From the IMG/VR virus record IMGVR_UViG_3300020048_000095: a stretch of 64,000 bases of DNA; one strand, given 5' to 3'. Positions within the stretch are counted from its first letter, which is position 1; the number at the start of each line of letters is the position of its first letter. Shown here one piece after another: positions 58,456-64,000 of this stretch. The notes under the pieces were generated by a model. The model did no database searches. It was not told the origin of the DNA and was given only the letters and a program-made list of their open reading frames with translations. Position numbers and translations under genes: made by a program. This stretch comes from an uncultured virus (IMG/VR IMGVR_UViG_3300020048_000095) (taxonomy: Duplodnaviria > Heunggongvirae > Uroviricota > Caudoviricetes).

Positions 58456-59163
58456 CTAATTTTCCAGAGGGCGAACGTATTCTAACGGGATTCTGCTATT
58501 TATAACTAAAGTGTATCCAGATATATCAGATGGATAATCTAATGGACATTCCACTCCTAATTTATTGCAAACTGATTCTCTCAATATATATTCTAGAATT
58601 TCAGGCTCCATAGAAACTTCAATTTTGCTCTCACCAACGTTCATCTCGCTCATAAAACGCCCTAAATCAATCTCTAGATATAAATCGCCGTATGTTCCGG
58701 TTACATATTCTTCTGGATCTACTGTAGTGAAAACGCCAAATGCATCTCTATTGTTTATTCCAGTACCGCTAGAGGGAGACAAATAACCAGAAGGCTTTAT
58801 CTCATCTTCCCATAATTCAGAGCGAGTAAAATGATATACTGTATCTGGTGGATTTTCCATAGATGTTTCCGCGTAAGGATTATAAACTTGGTCAATTGAT
58901 ACTCCAAGCAAATCCAAACACTCGTCCGAATCCATGTCGATTATATAAAAACAAATATCATTAATTGGATCATAATATCCATCATCTAATTTAAACCAAT
59001 ATTTGTTATCTATAACAACTAAATTGCCATGTTTAACATAAGAGAGATTATCTTTGCGAACTATTTTTTCAATAGTTTCAGAGTCAATTGTATAGCCGCC
59101 CCATTCAATTGCCTCTTCTATATTCTCGTAATCTTCTGTCTGACATAATCTATATATTTTCAT
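58456..59163 (-). CDS. MKIYR-leader protein, ART-like fold
   Basis: MKIYRLCQ; VYHFT....I...G.L.PS....GVFTT....YG...LEID. Confidence 0.5.
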   Translation of the reverse strand: MKIYRLCQTEDYENIEEAIEWGGYTIDSETIEKIVRKDNLSYVKHGNLVVIDNKYWFKLDDGYYDPINDICFYIIDMDSDECLDLLGVSIDQVYNPYAETSMENPPDTVYHFTRSELWEDEIKPSGYLSPSSGTGINNRDAFGVFTTVDPEEYVTGTYGDLYLEIDLGRFMSEMNVGESKIEVSMEPEILEYILRESVCNKLGVECPLDYPSDISGYTLVINSRIPLEYVRPLEN

Positions 59164-62100
59164 TATTTTTCGCCAATCTATATTTTTTCAAATTAAATGT
59201 TGCCAACTTGACAGGTTTGTATTTATTTAAAATATCAATTATTTGGTTGCACAATTGTTGAACTTGTAATTGATTGTTTGGTTCAATTTGAGTATGATGA
59301 TTTTGCAAATAGGATATAACTCTATCTAATGTAATCCCTTTTTGTTCATTGAAATAATCTTCCATCCTTGTAAAATGCGATGGCGATAGAGAATCTATAG
59401 AAACAAATAAACCAACCATTGTATTTTTGTCGTTTGGATTCATCGTGGAATTCAGAATCATATTGAAATCGTCAGAGGCAACATTGTTGTTATTTTTAAC
59501 AATTGAATTAACTTTTGGTCTAGTTAACTTTCCACTAACGCCATATACTCCCTCTAACTTACCCGTAACACTTAATGAATCGCCAATTTCAAAATCATTC
59601 GACTTAGACGGCATATTAAACTCAAATAAGAAACCATTCGCATCTTGAACTTTTGCCTTTTGAATGTAACTATCATTAAAGCTTACATATGCATCAAAGA
59701 TGTCAACAACCTTACAGTCAATCGTAATTCTGTCGCCAATTTTATAAACTTGATCTATGGATTTTACTGACTCTCCACCAAACGAAATAGCTGGAGACAT
59801 TATATTTTTGAATCCATTATTCAATTTAATCGTACCTGAAATATGAATTGTATCGCCAACTTGGAATCTTGGAACTGTGTTTAAAAATAGACTTAATTTT
59901 TGACCCGTTTCATCACTAACTTGAACGAAATAGGAATCATTTCTGGTTTGTTTATAACTGTCAACCTTATAGTCTGAATCAATAACCATACCATCTTGAT
60001 AAACAATGGGCGTCTTTATAGAGTTTTTCAATTCGTTTGCTTTCTTCTCTTGCTCTTCTATAACGGTTTGGTCAATCTGGTCTAATATCGATTTAACATT
60101 GACTACAGTACAAGAATCACCATCATATGATAAAAATCCTTCAATAACACTATTTATTTTTATAATTGAACCTTTATCCCATGTCGCAAAATCAGGAAAA
60201 TCTGTTGAGCTTCCAGAGAACAATATTTTTCTATCTGATGAATCTTTAGCTACAAAGAAATAATCGTTTGTAGAATATCCGTTTTTGCTTACTCTGACAA
60301 AAACAGGCATCTTTTCTATAATCTCTCCCTCGAAAGACAAATTAGATCCCTTATCTCCAAGTCTTTTGTCATTGTTTACTGCAATCTCTGATTTTTGCAA
60401 ACTGCGATAATATGAAGGTATCGCCGAAGCTAAAAGACCCATATTGTTACGAGTTGCAAAACCAGATACAGATGCATCATATAAGTTCTTCAAATATTCA
60501 TTAGATGAAGTCGATAACGTTTGAATCCAATCAATAACGGCATTTACAAAAGGCAAATCGCTTATCGTCAATGATAAAGTGTCGTTAGACAAATCTTCAA
60601 AACATTTATTATAAGCTTTATCGGCTGTTGATTCTAGTCCTTGTTCTCTAGCGTTTTTTCTAGAAATATAGTCGCCCGTTTTTGCCATATCATAAACTCT
60701 AGATAAAAAGAAAGGTATCGGTATCCCACTTTTCTTATAAGATGTCGCAATGTCGGATGCACTTCTCTTTTGACTCTTTATCTGCTCTTTGAAGGATTGA
60801 ATGTATTTTTCCATCTCGGCAGCATATTGAGCTATTTTTACCGCATCTGTGCCTAGTCCAGGTAACAAGTCTGACAAACAGGAACTTCCAACGTTTTTAT
60901 ATTCATCTTTGTCTTTGCTATATAGTAAATAATATTCTGTTCTAAACCTTTCTTGGTTGCATTTTTCACAAGTTAATTTATCGGGACTTGCCATGTATTT
61001 ATCAGGTATGACTCTGCGACCTAGATTGAATGTGTCTGACTCTAATTTGCCCATGTCGTTTTTAAATACATTTATCTTGGCTACCAACTCCCAATTGCCG
61101 GGTATAACTGGTACAGACTTTATTATTCTAATCTTTTTAGTTCCCAACGCTATGTTTTCGGATATAACTTCAATCTTACTTGGCGGCAATCCCAATTTGA
61201 AACCTTTATTATTCAATTTATCTATTCCGTTTTTAAGCCAACCGACAGCGACCAAAGGAATCTCAATTTCTTCAGATATAAATTCGCTAGTTATATATTC
61301 GGACTTTGAATGCTCATAATAACTTACATCATTTTTACTTATCTTGTTTTCGGTTTTTAAAATTTCAACAAATTCAGAAGGGATGTTTTTTATGTTACGT
61401 TTATTAGATGTAATAATAGCAGAAAAATAATCCGCTAATGGTTTTTTGTTAATCCTGCTCTTTATTTCATCAGATAAATTATCCCAGTCGAATGGATTTT
61501 GCTCTGCATATGATTGGAACGCCCTAGAAATAGATTCGTTAGACACTCCCTTGAAGAATGGATGGGCTTTTAAGGTTTCCCAATATTTAACAGGAGAAGC
61601 AAAAAATTGACGCTTAACCATTTCAAAATTAATATAAGAAGCGTTGGACATCTTGTCTCTTAAAGAGCCTTCCAATCTGTCCAATGTGCTCTTGTCGTTA
61701 TTGTTTTTAATAAGCGTCATAGCAACAACATTGTCAACAAATTTAGTCGGCAGTAAATCTAACGTTTCGTAACTCAATCTTTCTTTTAAATTATCGTCAC
61801 TCAAAGTGCGAAACAGCTTATCTCTTTGAGCATCAACCGCCTTTGAATCATTGGCATTATAGGCGTCATACAATAGCTTGGACGACTCTATACTCCCCGC
61901 CGAACATTGAGTCCACTTCGGATTGTTAACGGTTCGCTGATCTAGAATGGTAAAGCCGATAGGATAAACAACGGAACTATCATATGCCAGCGCAACACTC
62001 TTATCAACATGTCCAGAAAATAAAACCCCTTTTAAAACTTTCGGGAAATTACTATTATATATTTTTCTTAACAAATCAGAGGTATTATCCATCCCTGTTT

Positions 62101-62503
62101 TGCCTTCTAACTCTTTAGATATACTTTCTATCAATCCCATTCTATCATTGTACATTGAACGATCTAAACCTAACCTTTTTATTTGGTCAATAAGACGATA
62201 ACCACCACCATAAATTTGTTTTGATATTGAATAATCAAAAATCAAAAAATCACTTATGTTCATCTTGCCTTTTACGGCGATTGCACCATATGTTCCCATT
62301 GCTTGGTTTCTGGCAACTCCGCTCCACATGTAATTAGAGTATATTCCAACTCCCCATGCAGCACCACCGCCAGCCAAAAAACCAGTTTCACAAATTAAAT
62401 TAGCGACAATATTTGCGTCAGTCCTATGATAGACGCTTAACAAAGTCCCATCTAATTCAACTTGAGCTACTTGAGAATATTTTTTGAGATTGAATTTCAT
62501 CAT
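59150..62503 (-). CDS. FNLKK-leader large multidomain protein (ART-like N-terminus, CxxC module, OB-fold-like repeats)
   Basis: MMKFNLKKYSQ; VYHRT...GF..GGG..WGVGIYS; CEKC...VGSSC; repeated F.[VI]GD.[IL].[IV][ST]G segments. Confidence 0.65.
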   Translation of the reverse strand: MMKFNLKKYSQVAQVELDGTLLSVYHRTDANIVANLICETGFLAGGGAAWGVGIYSNYMWSGVARNQAMGTYGAIAVKGKMNISDFLIFDYSISKQIYGGGYRLIDQIKRLGLDRSMYNDRMGLIESISKELEGKTGMDNTSDLLRKIYNSNFPKVLKGVLFSGHVDKSVALAYDSSVVYPIGFTILDQRTVNNPKWTQCSAGSIESSKLLYDAYNANDSKAVDAQRDKLFRTLSDDNLKERLSYETLDLLPTKFVDNVVAMTLIKNNNDKSTLDRLEGSLRDKMSNASYINFEMVKRQFFASPVKYWETLKAHPFFKGVSNESISRAFQSYAEQNPFDWDNLSDEIKSRINKKPLADYFSAIITSNKRNIKNIPSEFVEILKTENKISKNDVSYYEHSKSEYITSEFISEEIEIPLVAVGWLKNGIDKLNNKGFKLGLPPSKIEVISENIALGTKKIRIIKSVPVIPGNWELVAKINVFKNDMGKLESDTFNLGRRVIPDKYMASPDKLTCEKCNQERFRTEYYLLYSKDKDEYKNVGSSCLSDLLPGLGTDAVKIAQYAAEMEKYIQSFKEQIKSQKRSASDIATSYKKSGIPIPFFLSRVYDMAKTGDYISRKNAREQGLESTADKAYNKCFEDLSNDTLSLTISDLPFVNAVIDWIQTLSTSSNEYLKNLYDASVSGFATRNNMGLLASAIPSYYRSLQKSEIAVNNDKRLGDKGSNLSFEGEIIEKMPVFVRVSKNGYSTNDYFFVAKDSSDRKILFSGSSTDFPDFATWDKGSIIKINSVIEGFLSYDGDSCTVVNVKSILDQIDQTVIEEQEKKANELKNSIKTPIVYQDGMVIDSDYKVDSYKQTRNDSYFVQVSDETGQKLSLFLNTVPRFQVGDTIHISGTIKLNNGFKNIMSPAISFGGESVKSIDQVYKIGDRITIDCKVVDIFDAYVSFNDSYIQKAKVQDANGFLFEFNMPSKSNDFEIGDSLSVTGKLEGVYGVSGKLTRPKVNSIVKNNNNVASDDFNMILNSTMNPNDKNTMVGLFVSIDSLSPSHFTRMEDYFNEQKGITLDRVISYLQNHHTQIEPNNQLQVQQLCNQIIDILNKYKPVKLATFNLKKYRLAKNNENI

Positions 62504-62510
62504 TTGGCGT

Positions 62511-62891
62511 TTAGCCGATTATATCATTACTGTCTTCTGCCTTTATATCTTCCGTCTTTCCATTTGATAATTCAAGAGCCTTTCTAATAATATCTCCAGC
62601 TCCCATAGCTTCAGATACCCCACTAATTAAATAATCTTTGCCACTCAATGCATTGTCAAAATCAGACATCAAAGCAGATATTGCAGCTTGAAGATGTCCG
62701 AATGCATAAGCGTATGGATTGCCGTCAAGACTGGAAGCTTTGCCTTTTTCAGTTACAGAATTCATATATGAATCCAGTTTGGCGTAATCCACACTAGATT
62801 GTCTCATCCATCCCGCTTCCTTCCCAATAGATGTCCACTCTTTCTTTGACATTTTTATCGTTTTCTTTCCTGATGATGTTGTAATATTCAT
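62511..62891 (-). CDS. SKKEW-leader protein
   Basis: MSKKEWTSIGKEAGWMRQSS; AGGAGG RBS. Confidence 0.72.
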   Translation of the reverse strand: MNITTSSGKKTIKMSKKEWTSIGKEAGWMRQSSVDYAKLDSYMNSVTEKGKASSLDGNPYAYAFGHLQAAISALMSDFDNALSGKDYLISGVSEAMGAGDIIRKALELSNGKTEDIKAEDSNDIIG

Positions 62892-63090
62892 AATCGCCTC
62901 CTAAAATAATAAATAAAATATACTATTCAAAAAATATGTTGCGAATCCTTTTATTAATTAATTGACGATTATTACAAATTACTAATAATGTCTTTTTTAG
63001 TAATAAACATTCAACAGCTCTAAAAAAGGGAATTGCAAAACAAAAGTTGAAATATTAATTGAACTATACTTTAATTGGAGGCGATTTTCA

Positions 63091-64000
63091 ATGAATTTTA
63101 TTAAAACAGCAGCACTTAAACTAAATAAAGAAGAAATACAAGGCAAATACGGCAAATTCATGGCGTATCTTGTTGAAGGCGATACTATGCCCATTAAAGA
63201 TAGACTCAAATCTATCGGTTTTCAATGGTATGGCCCTAAACAAGTATGGTGGATTTCCGACAAAAAAATGACCCCCTATATAAAATCACAACTAGAATCA
63301 CTAGGCGTAAACTCAAACAACCAACCGAATCAACCAACTCAAGAAAACACTGAAAACATAAATCAGCCAACTAAACCAACTTACACCCCGCAGCCTCCTC
63401 CTCCAAAACCAGAAGACACAGACGAGCCTGAAATGTCAGCATGGTATGGCTTCCCAATAAAGAAAAATATATATTCTTTTACAACTCCAGTAACAATTGA
63501 AGATAAAGAGTATAACGTACAAGTATATGTAAGTAGATCGTTTCAGAAAGGAGTAACTTCTGATTCCTATAAAATAACAAAAAGTCGGGAACATAGATTT
63601 TTGCCAAAATATATAATCGGCATGGAAATACCAGAAATTGAATATAAAAACTCATTCAAGCAGCAATCTAAAGAAAAATGGGGACAATATAACGAACAAA
63701 CCGTACTAGAAGGAATTAAAAAGCTAGTTGAAGACGCCTTATCTGTTCCAAAAACAAAAGTTAGAACAGGCATAGAATTCTTACATGACGTTTCATTAAG
63801 AGATGATAATTACAAACAATTCCTAGAAGATTTGGGCGACAAGAAAATACCAGCTCCAGAATATGATTTCACAATAAATGATCCTGAATATGGCGGAAAT
63901 TATAAAGTCAAAATTTATGAATTGGGCATGGATAGAAAAGCACCATCTACAACCGTTGGCGCATTAATAGATTCTCCACTTGCTCCAAAATATCTTAAAT
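63091..64000 (+). CDS. hypothetical protein, runs off the window end
   Basis: Not in the track because it is truncated. GGAGG RBS, MNFIKTAALKL...GDTMPIKDRLKSIGFQWYGPKQVWW, then a Pro/Gln linker; promoter motif at 63026-63052. Confidence 0.7.
   Translation, partial: MNFIKTAALKLNKEEIQGKYGKFMAYLVEGDTMPIKDRLKSIGFQWYGPKQVWWISDKKMTPYIKSQLESLGVNSNNQPNQPTQENTENINQPTKPTYTPQPPPPKPEDTDEPEMSAWYGFPIKKNIYSFTTPVTIEDKEYNVQVYVSRSFQKGVTSDSYKITKSREHRFLPKYIIGMEIPEIEYKNSFKQQSKEKWGQYNEQTVLEGIKKLVEDALSVPKTKVRTGIEFLHDVSLRDDNYKQFLEDLGDKKIPAPEYDFTINDPEYGGNYKVKIYELGMDRKAPSTTVGALIDSPLAPKYLK

Noticed and set aside
1..64000. Stop-codon reassignment, as in some large phages
   Set aside because: Long conserved genes are intact in the standard code, and TAG and TGA both end genes at sensible boundaries.
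1..64000. tRNA or rRNA genes
   Set aside because: No cloverleaf or T-loop signature recognised in the short intergenic gaps; a tRNAscan run would be needed to be certain.

Overview
About 64 kb of an AT-rich, gene-dense, jumbo-type tailed bacteriophage genome (standard code, one N gap at 56452-56461). The core is a minus-strand head and packaging module: large terminase, portal, a 2010-aa prohead protease/scaffold, a probable decoration protein and the major capsid protein. It also carries a class II ribonucleotide reductase, thymidine kinase, an adenine MTase, two ATPases, a SleB-type hydrolase, proteases, a BspA-type LRR protein and a Gly-X-Ser fibre. There are four inteins and one IS200/IS605 element (tnpA+tnpB) that splits a LAGLIDADG homing-endonuclease gene. 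The most striking unexplained structure is that about 18 otherwise unrelated proteins (ADP-ribosyltransferase-like, kinase-like, hydrolase, others) start with one of four short shared leaders, most ending in a [K/R]-x-[A/S] motif. That motif also recurs through the scaffold and at the capsid-protein N-terminus. Many of these genes sit behind one bipartite promoter, AAGG-N18/19-GAAW (19 copies, SigH-like). I infer a leader-directed, protease-processed virion cargo (effector-loading) system. All family calls come from motif recognition by eye; no database searches were run.
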